A stretch of DNA of 64,000 nucleotides, taken from NCBI RefSeq assembly GCF_009914755.1, contig NC_060930.1. One strand, 5' to 3'. Within the stretch, counting starts at the first letter, position 1, and every line of letters begins with the position of its first letter. Positions 17,978 to 33,435 of the stretch are shown here, in pieces. A program made the translations under genes and the position numbers. This stretch comes from the human T2T-CHM13v2.0 reference genome, Homo sapiens. The notes beneath the pieces are model-generated. The model did not search any database. It was not told the origin of the DNA and was given only the letters and a program-made list of their open reading frames with translations.

Positions 17978-19215
17978 GAAAGTTGCCATCGTTCACTGCA
18001 GGGGTCACCAAACCCCAGACAATTCTACATCGGCCAGAAATGCACTAGCAGATCAGGTGGCCAAACTAGCCCTACAACCCATGCAAGGCCAGTTTCTGTC
18101 CCTGTCCTTGTTCTCTTCTCTTTATTCCTCAGGAGGAAAGGAGGACTTCCGAGCCCAAAACCTTCAAAAGCAAGGACTATGGTATGTCAAGGAAGGGCGC
18201 TTTGTTCTTCCTCACTCTCAAACAATCCCTATCCTCCAAAGTCTCCACAACTCAATCCATGTCGGTTACAAACCTCTCTTACAATTTCTCCGCCTTATTC
18301 TCACTCGTTCTCACCTTTCCAGCCACGTTCAAGAAATCACCCAGTCCTGCTCTATCTGCCACTCAGTGTCACCCCAGGGCTCCCTCTGGCCACTGCCTTT
18401 TCCTACCCACCAAGCCCAGGACTGGGTACCCGGGCAAGATTGGCAAGTAGACTTCACTCACATGCCGCCTGATACACAGTTCCACTGTCTTCTAATCTTT
18501 GTACGTTTTCTGGGTGGGTAGAAGCGTTCCCAACAACTTCAGAAGGTGCAAATGTCGTCACACAAACTCTCATCATGCATATAATTCCCTGTTTCGGACT
18601 CCCAACATCCATCCAGTCCAACAACGGGCCCACCTTCATCAGCCAAATTACCCAAGGTGTCTCTACATCCTTAGGTATAAAATGGGTTCTCCACACACCC
18701 TACTGGCCTCAATCTTCCGGCAAAGTTGAAAAAGTTAACTCTGTCCTTAAAGCCCAACTTACCAAGCTGGCTCTAGAAACCCACCAGGCGTGGAGGAAAA
18801 AATCTCCCTTTTGCCCTCATGAGACTCTGCACAACACCAAAGTCACCCTCTTTTTATAGTCCCTTCGAAATCATGTATGACCAAACTTTTGTCTTGGGGC
18901 CTCCATCTTACCAGACGCTGAGCCACTCAGGAATTACCTCCCTTTCTTAATCCAGACACGGTCTTTCATTCATGAAGCAGCAGATGAGGCCATGCCCCTT
19001 CCTGTCAACACCTCTTTGTCCTCTCAACATAACTGTCTTGCAGGCACAGACGTGTTTATCTGCCAACCCGACCGTCACAACAACCTACAGCCGAAGTGGA
19101 CAGGCCCCTACACTGTGATACTCAGCACACCAACTGCAGTGAGAGTCCAAGGACTCCCCTGCTGGATCCATCGTACCAGGGTCAATCTCACCCCCAAGGC
19201 TACTCCTTCCTCCAA
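17978..19215 (+). pseudogene. Degraded retroviral pol: RNase H C-terminus plus integrase
   Basis: KVAIVHCRGHQ (RNase H); HNSIH...CSIC (HHCC zinc finger); WQVDFTHMP; FGLPTSIQSNNGPTF (second catalytic D appears as N); HTPYWPQSSGKVEK; KWTGPY..WIH (GPY/F). Frameshifted across three ORFs. Confidence 0.92.
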
Positions 19216-19930
19216 AACATTAACAGCGGGCAACACCCTCAGAGTCCCTGTATACAATAACGTAAACAACAACAACAACAAAAAGATCCTTAAAGGTAGG
19301 AGGAAGCCAAAGATGGCAACGGGACGAATGACTTCTGCAACGGATCATCGAATATTATGGTCCTGCCACTTGGGCTGAGGATGGTTCATGGGGTTATCAC
19401 CTCCCATATATATTCGAAATAGAATAATTAGACTACAGGCGATTCTAGAGATAATCACTAACCAAACCGCTTCAGCCCTGGAAACGCTTGCGCAACAACA
19501 AAACCAAATACCCCCGGCAATTTATCAAAACAGGCCAGCACCAGACTACTTACCAGCAGAAGAAGGTGGGGTCTGTGGTAAGTTTAATATCTCCAATTGT
19601 TGTCTTAACATAGACGATAACAGAAAAGCAGTACTAGAAATCGCTTCAAACACCAGAAAAGTAGCCCATGGACCAGTCCAAACCTGGAAGGGATGGGACC
19701 CAACAAACCTTCTAGAGAGTGGTTCTCTAATTTAGGAGGATTTAGAACGCTGGTAGGGACAGCAATCTTCATCACTGGGTTCCTCCTGTTTCTCCCTGTA
19801 TTATCCCACTAATAATAAAAGCTATGAAAAGTCTTGTTGAAACTACAGTTAACCGCCAGACAATCCAGACGATGCTCCTGCTACAACGACACGACGAATA
19901 CCAACCCATCTCTCAAGAATATCCCCAAAA
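19216..19930 (+). pseudogene. Degraded env: last residues of SU plus TM
   Basis: [33 protein letters not shown], a degenerate immunosuppressive domain [26 protein letters not shown], and a hydrophobic anchor after a frameshift. Stops and frameshifts are present. Confidence 0.88.
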
Positions 19931-20039
19931 TTCAGTTTTTCTTTGTTTCCAAGGTGCCCACGTCACCCCATGTCACGCTTGAAGCAGTTATTGAAAAAGT
20001 CGTCCCTTTTCCCTTTTTCTGTAACGAAATAGACAGGAA

Positions 20040-20431
20040 TGAAAGACTTTCCCCGGGGCCTGGAAGCTGGGGGTGGTGGGTGAATAACTCCTCCATTCTC
20101 AGGGCCAGTCCCAAAGCGCAAGACCACCTGCGCCAGCAGCGTGCGTCAGCAGGATAGCAGAAGCAGGAAGAGAGCTGGCTGGAAGACACGTACCCCCTGA
20201 AGACCGAGAGAGAGGCCGTCCGGGTACTGCGTAGCAGTTACATCAGACTGAGACACGTCCTGTTTACAGGAGACTATAAAACCCCTGCCCCGTCCTCATT
20301 TGGTGCTGACGCCGTTTTAGGCCTCAGCCTGTCTGCACCCAGGCGCTCATTAAAACAGCGTGTTGCTCCACACCGCCTTGTGCTGTTTGTTGGCGTGCTC
20401 TTGGGGTTCGAACCGATACAAGAGCCTTGCA
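20040..20431 (+). mobile_element. 3' LTR (MER48-like), complete
   Basis: TG...CA termini, preceded by AAATAGACAGGAA; direct repeat of the 5' LTR. Confidence 0.9.
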
Positions 20432-21084
20432 ATGATTATGGGAGGTCTTGTCTTCGTCTTCCTCCATCCTGAGTGGGGCTGGTGCTTGTTGTCTGGTGTT
20501 GATGTTCTATGAGATTATGTCCCACAGAACATCAGGGCTTAGCTGTGAGTACCAGGCCAGCTCCTGCTGCCAATAGCTTTTCTCCGTCTCAGCAACATGT
20601 CACAGGGAGCTGTGGGGAGACCTCAGCCTGGTGTACCATAGAAGGCAGGGAGATGATATGTGAACTGCTAAGTGAAGAGACCGGTTTTGAAAAGCTTGGT
20701 CCTAAGGTGTAGATCCGGTTTCTAACGCATAACTTTTTTTATGGAGGTAACATTTAGATTTAACACTCTAACTGGTACTACTAATACAGAAGCATAATTT
20801 TTCTCTAATTTTGCATAAATAAACAGGTTTAAGGTTACTTAAATGTTGACAAGAGTGTCACCTCAAGTTCTGTGTTCCTCCCAACCCCATTAACATCTTT
20901 GTGGTGCAAGTGAGGAATTTTCTCTCCTGGGAACTAAATATGGCAGATGCTACTATGTTGCAGCAAGTCCTCAGGCTGAAGGACTGGGGCTCCACAAACA
21001 TGTTGGAGATGGGACATGGTTGCTTGCACTTAAGGAAAATCGCTTTCTGTTAAAACTTGCTCGAGAAGCGAGACCATTACTGTT

Positions 21085-21270
21085 TAAACACACAGACTTT
21101 GAAGTCAGGACAATCTGGGTTTGAATCATCCCAGGCCTCCCATTTCCTTGTTGTGTGACCTTGGGCAAGTTATCCAGTCACTCTAAGTCTTAGCTATTAC
21201 AAATGTAAGATGGGGATAGATATTTCTATCCATAATTTTGTTGAGAGAAATAAACCCACTGTGACAATGG
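21085..21270 (+). repeat. MIR
   Basis: TGTGTGACCTTGGGCAAGTTA core. Confidence 0.65.
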
Positions 21271-21869
21271 GAAACACTGCACGTCGTATGTGCACGATAT
21301 GTGGCATATGTATTGATTGTTACCAGGTAATTTTCAGCCATCACTTAAATTCCAGGAGCAACCAAAGGGAAATCACAATGAACTTCTTCCTGGGAGCCAT
21401 TCTTAGGTAAAGGGGTGGTGCTGATTGTTATGAAATGATTATTTCACTGGATTCAGGAGATCTGAGTTATGGCTCTGACTTGGTAATGAATCAGCTGTAT
21501 AACTTTGAATAAGTCTCTTAATCTTTTTGAGCTGCAATTTGCTTATTTATAAAATGAAAATAATGATGCCAGCCCACATCACCAGAGTTATCGTGACACT
21601 GAAATGAGAGGAAGCAACAATGATCAAGGTTTTATGGCTGTACCATATGAAAAGGTATGTTGCAAAGGTACACAGCATTAGAAAATGTAAGATGCTATCA
21701 AAGAAACTTGAGTTTATCATAAATTCACTCCTCAAAAGTGGCCTTTAAAATGGGTATCTAATCAGAACATTGTTTTTGTTTCCTTTTTTGGCAATATGAC
21801 ATACAAAAGTACACATTTTTACACATTTTTATCTACATGTAACCACCACCAGGATTTAAAGTAAGTGTG

Positions 21870-23845
21870 TCCAAGGAAGACATTAAATTGTCTTTGCAGA
21901 TGACATGATTTTATACATAGAAAACCCTAATGACTTCAATAAAAAACTGTTAGAAATGATAAATTCCATAAAGTTGCAGAATACAAAATCAACCTATGAA
22001 AATCAGTAGCGTTTCTATACGTTAACAACAAACTATCTGAAAAAGAAATTAAGGAAACAATCTCATTTACAATGGCATAAAAATACTTAGAAATAAATTT
22101 AACCAAGAAGAAAAAAATCTGTTCATTGAAAACTATATCACGTTTTACATTGATAAAATAAATCGAAGAAGATAGAAATAAACGCAAAGCTACACTGTGT
22201 TCATGAACTGGAAAAAATCAATAATGTTAAAATGCTCATACTACCCAAAATGACCTACAGATTCAATGCAATTCCTATCCAAATTCCAATGACTTTTTCA
22301 CAGAAATAGAAAAAATGATTCTAAAACTCACATGGAACCACAAAAGATCTGAAACCGTAAAACTACTAGAAGAAAACATAGGGGGAAGTCTTCCCAACCT
22401 TGGTCTTTGCAAAGAATTTTTGCATGTGAACCAAAAGCACAGGCAACAAAAACAAAAAATGGGATTTTATGAAACTAAAAAGCTTCTGCACAACAAAAGA
22501 AACAATTTAATACAGTGAAAAGACAACCTATGGAATGGGAGAAAATATCTGCAAACCATACATTTGATAAAGAGTTAATATAGAAAATATATAAGAAACT
22601 CAAACAACTCAATGGTAAGAAAACAACTCAATTTTAAAATGGGCAAAGGACCTGAATAGACATTTCTCAAAAGAAAACATATAGAGGCAATAGTTTTAAG
22701 GAAAAATGTTCAGCATCACTAGTTATCAGGGAAATGCAAATCAAAACCACAATGAGATATCACTTCACACTTGTGAGAATGGCTATAATCAAAAAGACTC
22801 TTTTGATAACAAGTGTCAGCAAAGATGTGGAGAAAAGAAAACACTTGTACACTGTTGGCAAATTAGTACAGTCATTATGGAAAACATTATGGAGATTCCT
22901 CAAAAAATTAAAAATAGAACAGCTATATGATCCAGTAATTTCTCTTCTACATATAGATACAAAGGAAATGAAATCAGTACGTGGAAGAGATATTTGCACT
23001 CTCATGTTCATTGCAGCATTATTTGCAATAGCCCATGTATGCAATCAACAGACAAATGGGTAAAGAAAATGTCGGGTGGATCACCTGAGGTCAGGAGTTC
23101 GAGACCAGCCTGAACAACATGGAGAAACACCGTCTCTACTAAAAATACAAAATCAGCCTGGCATGGTGGCGCATGCCTGTAATCCCAGCTACTTGGGAAG
23201 CTGAGGCAGAAGAATCACTTGAACCCAGGAAGCAGAGGTTGTGGTGAGCAGAGATCACACCATTGCACACTCCAGCCTGGGCAGCAAGAGCGAAACTCCA
23301 TCTCGGGAAAAAAAAAAAAAGAAAATGTCATACATATATATAGTTACATATATCTAATGAATATTATTCACCCTTAAAAAAAGAAGGTAATCCTGTCATT
23401 TGCAGTGACATGCATGAGCCTGGAGAACATTATGCTAAGTGAAATAAGCTTGGCACTGAAAGACAAATACTGCATAATCTCACTTATATGTAGAATCTAA
23501 AAGAGTTGAACTCATGGAAACAGAGAGGAGAATGTTGGTTATCGGGGTCTGTAGAACGAGGATATGGGGAGATACTGGTCCAAGTTTCAGTGAGACAGGA
23601 TGAATAAGTTCTGCAGATCTATTGTATAGCATGGTGACTGTAGTTAAAAATAGTGTATTATATTCCAGAAAATTGCTAAGAGTAGATCTTAAATGCTCTC
23701 TCCATAAAAAAATAAGCTTATGGTTGTGTCAATCAGCTTGATTTAATTACTTTATTGCATATACATGTTGCAAAGCATAATGTTGTACACCAGAATATAT
23801 ATAAGTTTTATTTGTTCAGTAAACCTTAATAAAGCTGAAAAAAGA
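21870..23845 (+). mobile_element. Old L1M(A/B) fragment: 3' part of ORF2 with an internal deletion, plus 3'UTR
   Basis: FADDM RT motif near 21893; ORF2 C-terminal remnant MQIKTTMRYHFTLVRMAIIKK; AATAAA and A tail near 23830. Confidence 0.9.
23074..23320 (+). repeat. 5'-truncated AluSp-like in L1
   Basis: TSD AAAGAAAATGTC. Confidence 0.9.
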
Positions 23846-23849
23846 AAAA

Positions 23850-24540
<691 letters not shown>

Positions 24541-24838
24541 TTTCTTTAAAAATTTATCTTTATAAAACGTCAGATGTGTTTCATAGAAAACGTGACTTTG
24601 ACACATAATGAGAAACATCAAACATTTAAAATAAAGCCTCCAAACTTAAAGGATAATGTTAATTTCAAATGACATTATTCTTATAAGTAAATGATATTAT
24701 AAAGTGCAGTCTCAGGCATTATTTTTACCTATGGGACACAAACAGAATAGTCCACAGCAGGATTTTTTTGTCATACTGCAGTTTGGGGATCATTAGTGTA
24801 TTCTAAGTAAAATAATAATAATAATAATTAAGAAATAG

Positions 24839-25966
<1,128 letters not shown>

Positions 25967-26942
25967 TTATTCCTTGGGACAATATTTTGGTCAGCAAGAG
26001 CGGGAATGAGAATTTTTAGACATCGGCTTCAGTCTTGGTTTTTGTTTTTCTTAGTAGTAATAGAGTGATAGTGTAAGATGTCTGAATATATTTGCTTGAA
26101 CTAGAAAAAAAGAATACAAGTTTTCAGTCATGTGAAGAGTTCCCAACAGGGCTCACTTTTGAATGCCAAGAATGGAGTATTCCAGGGCACAAATGTCCCC
26201 CACCCAGCCCAAGAGAGCCAATCCATCCCTGGCTTTGAACACTCTCTGTAGGATTCCCAGCTCTAAATTTCCACTCAGCCTCTCTCCACTTACTTTAAGA
26301 ATCTTCTAAGAGGAATTTCCAATAGAACCTGTCCAAGACAAAAATCAACAGTCTTTCCCTCTTGCCTTCTCGGTCTTATAAATGGAACCCACAGGGTCAG
26401 AACACTAGGAGGGAGTCATTCCTGCCTCCTCTCTTTTCTCTCTCCTTCATATCCCTCCCCACATCCAGCTAGCTGTGGAATCCCATCAATTCTACCTCCT
26501 TGATATCTTTGTCTGTCACTATGTTCTGGTCCCTGTGGTGGCTTAGTTCTAGGCCCTTGTCTCCTCTTGCCTGGGTTGAGCCACAGATGGCCTTTCAACT
26601 GGTCTCCCTGCCTCCGGTCCTGTCCTCCACCAATCCCTGGGAAGACTTCTCTGACTGCCCAGTGATAAGGGATGACATGAGGAGTCACATGGTCTAGTGA
26701 TTCTCAACCAACAAGATAAAGACATCATTTAGGTGGACCTCAAGTTTTTTATAACAGCTACCAGAAATGGCTTTTGTTTGTTCTCCAAGTCCATCAATGA
26801 ATGTGATGTGATTTCTGTTCCTCCTTCCTGTATGTGGTTTATCCACCTACATCCCTCTAGTAGGTGGGTTCTTGGACATTCAGTGCTGTTCTTGATCCCC
26901 TGTAAACAAGTGTTTATGACATGCTGCAGTTGTTACTGTATA

Positions 26943-27651
26943 GAATTGACCCTTGGACGACATGAGGCGGGGTGCCAACCCACTGCATAGTTGACAATGT
27001 GCATATAACTGTTAACTCCTCAAAAACTTAACTACTACTAGTCTGTTGACCAGAAGGCTTGCTGATAAGATAAAGTGGATTAACACATATTTTGTATATG
27101 TGTTATATTCTGTATTTTTTCAATAAAGTAAGCTAGAGAAAAGAAAATGTTATTTAAAAAAATCGTAAGGAGGAGAAAATGTATTTGCTATTCATCAAGT
27201 GGAATTGGATCATCATAAAGGTCCTCTTCATTGTATTCATTTTATTTTTATTTTTTTATCTTATTTTTGAGACGGAGTCTCGCTCTGTCGCCCAGGCTGG
27301 AGTACAGTGGTGCGATCTCCGCTCACTGCAAGCTCCGTCTTCCTGGGTTCACGCCACCCTCCTGCCTCAGCCTCCTGAGTAGCTGGGACTACAGGCGCCT
27401 GCCACCACACCCGGCTAATTTTTTGTATTTTTAGTAGAGACGGGGTTTCACCGTGTTAGCCAGGATGGTCTCGATCTCCTGACCTCGTGATCCACCCGCC
27501 TTGGCCTCCCAACATTGTCTTCATGCTAAGTATGCTGAGGAGGAGGAAGAGAAGGGATTGGTCTTGTTGACTCAGGGTTGGCAGAGGAGAGAAAAGGCTG
27601 TGTATAAGCAGACCAGGGCAGTTCAATCCCATGTTTTTCAAAAGTCAACTA
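26943..27651. mobile_element. Tigger2a/MER28 DNA transposon with a truncated AluY (about 27241-27512, minus)
   Basis: TIR remnants TTGACCCTTG / AAAGTCAACT; internal AATAAAGTAAGCTAGAGAAAAGAAAATGTT. Confidence 0.8.
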
Positions 27652-28162
27652 TGTATGTGTTTGGTGGTGGCTGGGGTTGACATTGAATCTATAACACAGG
27701 ACACCTCCACAAATACTACAGGAAGGTGCATGCCAAGAAGACAGGTCCATTCAGCAGGGCCTGCCTGGACCTTAGCCTGGCCTTGATTTCCTATCTTCCT
27801 TGCTGTTTAAGGAGCAGGTGGAGTTGGGGGGAGATGATTTTGATCACACTCCCTGAGGAGGTGAAGAAAAATTTAACTGAGTGATGGGTGGAAACTAGTG
27901 TGTGAAGGCTTGAAAGCTACTGACCTAGAGTAGCCCTGTATTTTACAACATGTAAATTATTCCCTAATGTAGTAATAAGGATTTCCCATGGGGCAGCCAT
28001 GTTCTACCTCATGAGAAGCATTGTGGAAGATGTAAAATGTGTAAGGTAGATACCCCTTAAAGTGAGGGGGTGGGGATATATATGAATCACGAATACAAGG
28101 TTAAAAAACCAATTGCTTAATTGTATAGTGCAGGCAGATAGGTCGCTAGAGAAGATTTTACA

Positions 28163-28383
28163 GGCCAGGTGCAGTGGCTCATGCCTGTAATCCCAGCACT
28201 TTAGGAGGCCGAGGCAAGTAGATTGCTTGTGCCCAGGAGTTTGAGATCAGCTGAGGCAACATGGCAAGACCCCATCTCCACAAAAAATAAAAATTAGCCT
28301 GGCATGGTAGCATACACCTGTGGTCCCAGCTATTTGGGAGTCTGGGTGACAGAATGAGACCTTGTCTCAAAAAAAAAAGAAGA
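28163..28383 (+). repeat. AluJ with a right-arm deletion
   Basis: GAAGAT(TT/CC)TACA-like flanks. Confidence 0.85.
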
Positions 28384-29139
28384 AGATCCTACAGCATCCT
28401 TGAGAGCCCATTGTGGAAAACCACCTAAGGGGGAAGCCAGGCTCATATTCTATTTTGGAACTGCAGCTCACAGTGTGTCCTATTGTCTGCTTTTCAAAAA
28501 GTACTATGGTGAGAAAATATTTTACCAGATTGAAGTTTCACTGAAAGTTCCTAAGGTACATTTTCTTATAACTCTACTTACTGGCTATTTTTTTCTGAAT
28601 GCTAAAACATGTTGAATGAAGACAGGAAAACTCAAACATATCTGTTTGCTTTTTGCTTACTTTGTATGATTGAATTTTAAATTGTTCTTCCAATTTTTGG
28701 CAGCATATGCAGATTGAGCCACAGGAAAACATAGAATTCTAATTAGTGAATCCTGTAAACGAAATCATGGACATGCTGCCTGTTGTCAGTGTTTACTGTA
28801 TGACGCTGAGATTAATTTTATTTTAATAGGATCAATTTGGTAACCTCAATTTCTTTAACCAATGCCAGGTTAAATCCACTACTTACTTCGCGGCTGTGAG
28901 TGAGTTTCATTCTTTGTTATGCATATTTCAGATGTCAGACTTTTCTTTCTTTCTATAAAAGAAATTTTTCTTTTTATTTCATGTTTAGGAAATTTAATGT
29001 GTTGGTTCTGTCAAAAACTAAACAGAAATCACATTTATGATCATTGCTCCTTAGTTTGGGTGGACTCATTTGATGTAGGGTAAAACTTGGCAATATCTAA
29101 CAAATGGAATGTATTCTTTTCTTTATATTTATTTATTAT

Positions 29140-29270
29140 TGCTATTTTTAATAGTGGCAGGGTCTCGTTATGTTGCCTAGGCTGGTCTCGAACTCCTGGG
29201 CTGAAGCAATCCTCCTGTCTCAGCCTCCCAAAGTTCTGGAATTTCAGGCATGAGCCACTGCACCTGGCTG
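29140..29270 (-). repeat. Alu left monomer (FLAM-like)
   Basis: Single arm. Confidence 0.75.
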
Positions 29271-29329
29271 GATTTATTCTTAAGGCAAGTGTTAGGTGAT
29301 TTCTTCAGTTAGGTCAAACTCAATACACC

Positions 29330-30058
<729 letters not shown>

Positions 30059-30324
30059 ATCTAGAACCAAATATTATTTCCTGCCCAATACATTCATTCT
30101 GTGGCAGAGGCACTTACTGCTCACTGAATACCCACGTAATTCCTTCTGAAAGCCCTGCCTTCCTGCTGGTTAGGTGGGGCCATGCACTGGTTTTAATAAT
30201 TAGTCCTTGCCATTCTATTTTTGCAACATTCCACAGACCCGTCCCTACTTTCCATTCACAGAACTGTCATAGTTATCTCCCTAAACAAATGATGACAAAG
30301 ATGATGATGACAAGGATGGAATAG

Positions 30325-30510
30325 TGTCCCAGGCACTGTCCTAGTACTTTCTATGATGAAGTCATTTAATCTCATAACCTTATGAAGTAGGTACCATTAT
30401 CATTCCCTTTTTCAAATGAAGACACTGGGGCATGGGAGTTTAAGTAACTTGCTCAAGTTCACACAATTGCTAAGTGTGCAGAGCCAGAATGTGAACTCTG
30501 GCAATGTGGT
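30325..30510 (-). repeat. MIR
   Basis: CATTTAATCTCATAAC...AAGTAACTTGCTCAAG. Confidence 0.65.
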
Positions 30511-31632
30511 TTTCATTGTTTCAGAATAAATTCATACTTTAACAAACCCTCACGTTCTAATTCCAGTGTACCCTCTCAGCCTCTTCTCCCATCAAGAACA
30601 ACCCTCTACCTCTGTCCACTTCTAACCCTTCACTCTAGTTAGAGTCTAGATGGTGTCTTCTCCAAACGCAGCCGGCATTTGCCTACCTCTGTCTCACTGC
30701 TAAGCTCTTCCATTAGAATTGCTCTGCTTCCCGTCCCCTGTCTTCCTTAGCCCTGTCCATCAACATTCTGTGCATCCTGCAATGCCTCACTCAGTTGCCA
30801 ACTCTTCTGGGAAGCCCTCCTTGGGGTCATCTTCATTCAGCTCTCCCATAATCCCTTGCCTGTACTTCCCCGTGGGCACTCAGGTTCCTCTTATTTGTGC
30901 CTGTGTCTATCTCTTGCCCCGAGGGCTAAGCACCCTGAGCACTGGGACCAAGCTTCTCTGTGTGTAGATTTCCTCTGCAAGTAAGCAGCACAGTGCGTTG
31001 CACACAATCATTCTGCTACAAATACTGCCTGCATTTAATTGAAAGTTTCCTTGAATGCCTTGCTACTTGAGGGAAGATAATGTTACCTCCTCTCACGTGG
31101 GCCCCAGTCACATCATATGAAAGCGACTTTGTTAATATCAGAACATTTTTTTAACTCATCCCTGTATCTGCTCTCACTTCTCTGAGTTTGATGCTATCTG
31201 TCATGTTAGCAAATTGCTCCTTTAGTCTTTATATTAGAACTGAGTTTCGCTGAATTTCAATTATTTCCTAGTCTTGATTTATTAATTAAGGGCACTTTTT
31301 TTTTTATCCTGGTGGTATTTTCAAACATGTGGTAATGTATGTTCCAGTGAGTTTCAACTGGAACATACATTTCAAGAAAAGAGAAGGATGGAGTTCCTGC
31401 CTCCTTTTACTCCTGCAAATCACACCTTTGAGCATTCCATGGAGCTTTGGTTGCAGAAAGCAGAAAGAAAAGTGGCATTCAGTCACTTCTGCTAAAGTAC
31501 ATATGGTTCAAATGCAGGATGAAGGATTTGAAACTTGAACAAAATTGGATGTTCTGAAAATATCAGTTGATCATTTTCCCCAAGAACACATATGTGTTAA
31601 TTGTGATCTTAGGTAGCTTTCATTTTCCCTGG

Positions 31633-32296
31633 AGTGGCAACCCTCCTCCAAGATGGCCTCTGGCGATCCTCGCCTCCTGGTCTTGCACATTTGTGTCATC
31701 CCCTCCCACGCTAAATAGAGGAACCAGTCCTGTGTCAACAACAGAAGTGACAGAGTGTGACGTCTATGGCTAGATTATAAAAGGCCCTGTGGCTTCAGCT
31801 TGCTCTACTGATCACTTGCTTTGGGGGAAGGCAGCCTCCAGGTTGTGAGGCTCTGAAGTAACCCTGTGGCAAGGTCCATGTGGCAGGGAATTGATGCCCA
31901 CAGCCAGCACCTGCTTGCCCGCCATGCCAGTGAAGCCTCCTGAAGCCGGCTCTCAAGCCCCAGTCAAGCCTTCAGATATTGAAGCCATTGCAGTTTAAAA
32001 AAAAAAAAAAGACGAGTTGTCACTGTGTTAGGCCAAGCTGGTCTTGAACTCCTGGCCTCAAGCCATCCTCTCACCTTGGCTCCCTAAAGTGCTGTGACTG
32101 CAAGCGTGAGCCACCAGACTCGGCCTGTAGCTGACATCTTGATGGTAATTCATGGAAGACCCAAAGCTGGATCGGCCCAGTCAAGCTGCTCCCAAATTCC
32201 TGATCTGTGGAATCCATATGAGGTAACAAATGTTTATATCTATTTTAAGCCACTATGTTTTGGGGGTAATTTGCTATATAGCAATAAGTAACTACA
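31633..32296 (+). mobile_element. MLT1F/E-like MaLR LTR containing an Alu monomer (about 31997-32125)
   Basis: CCAAGATGGCC...TTTTAAGCCACTATGTTTTGGGG..AGCAATA. Confidence 0.65.
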
Positions 32297-33435
32297 TGGC
32301 ACAAAAAGTTTGATTTTATTGGTTCTTTGCAAATCCATTGTTTTGTTGTTTCAGTTCTACATTTTTGGCAATTATAGCGTATGACTGTGTATGGTAGAAA
32401 TAACAATCATTGGTATAAAGTGAGATCACCATGGTTTGATCAGACGCTCAGCAGAGAGCTGCCTTGGTTTCCTGCTTCAGGTGCACCTGGACCCTTGGTA
32501 CTGCCCTGAGACACGCTTCCCTTCCCTACTCCACCCCCAGCCTCCTTTCTTCCCCCTTTCAGCAACTTTCCAGGACAAAGCACCTCTCGCATAGACGCAC
32601 TCCATCTACCATGAAGACTCAGAGGCACCCATCCATCTCCAGGTCAGCACGGACCTCCGTGCCTTTTGCAGCCACCACCGTGCCTGACCCCTCAATGGGG
32701 AGACTGTGACTTTGAAGCGTCTTGTGAAATACTTGCTTCATCAATACTAGAAGTAGAAACAACATGCTGAGAAATGGGTGCAAAATCACCGAAACTGGTG
32801 CAAGACCAGAGCCTCAAGATACCAGAACCTTGACACTAAAAGGCTGAAGCTGTGAAGTCTCCATTGCACTGGGGGAGGGGTGGGAATGTGAGTCAGTCAT
32901 TCCTGTAATCGCACAACTAGCTCCAGACACAGCCCCACGTGAGGGGTCTCCCCTTGACGCCCAATGTCTCAATGTGCAGGTGAAACCACCAAAGCTAACT
33001 TGCCCAAGACAGAGTCGCAGAGGCTGACTTGGCAGAGTGTTTCTGACGAGTACAGTGGAGACAGGCTCGGCTAGAGCAAAGTCATGGGCTGCTTCCCTCT
33101 GCTTTGGAAAAGGGGGCCTTGCCCACATCTGTCTGTTTCAGAAGGTGTGTCTGCCAACTGAGAAAGTCAGCCTCCCCCAGCTGAGGGCAGAGACACTGAC
33201 TTTTCCCCTCCCCTTCCACCCGTCCTCCCCACTACCTTTACCCACTGGCACAATTAAGCATAATTACAATTAATCTTTACAGTTCTAAACAGCACATTTA
33301 GAGCTACCTTAATTAGCAGAAATTCTGCATTGCTTTGCAGGCAAGGAGGATGAAACACACGATGTAAAAGGCTGTAAGGATTCATTCATTTACTCTAGAA
33401 GATGTTTCTAAAAAAGCAAATATATGAAGTGTATA

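Larger units (their letters stand above)
17598..20431 (+). mobile_element. Internally deleted class I ERV provirus, MER48/HERVH48-type (LTR - partial pol - partial env - LTR)
   Basis: Two direct-repeat LTRs of about 390 bp (TGAAAGAC...TGCA), near-TSD ATGAA/ATGAT, purine-rich tract before the 3' LTR, and RNase H, integrase and env TM remnants. Confidence 0.9.

Noticed and set aside
17937-18521. 194-aa ORF as a domesticated integrase gene
   Set aside because: Non-ATG start inside the LTR, a frameshift after the first catalytic Asp, and the second Asp appears as Asn.
19388-19735. 115-aa env TM ORF as a functional syncytin- or suppressyn-like gene
   Set aside because: No signal peptide or SU, prolines in the immunosuppressive domain, and a frameshift before the membrane anchor.
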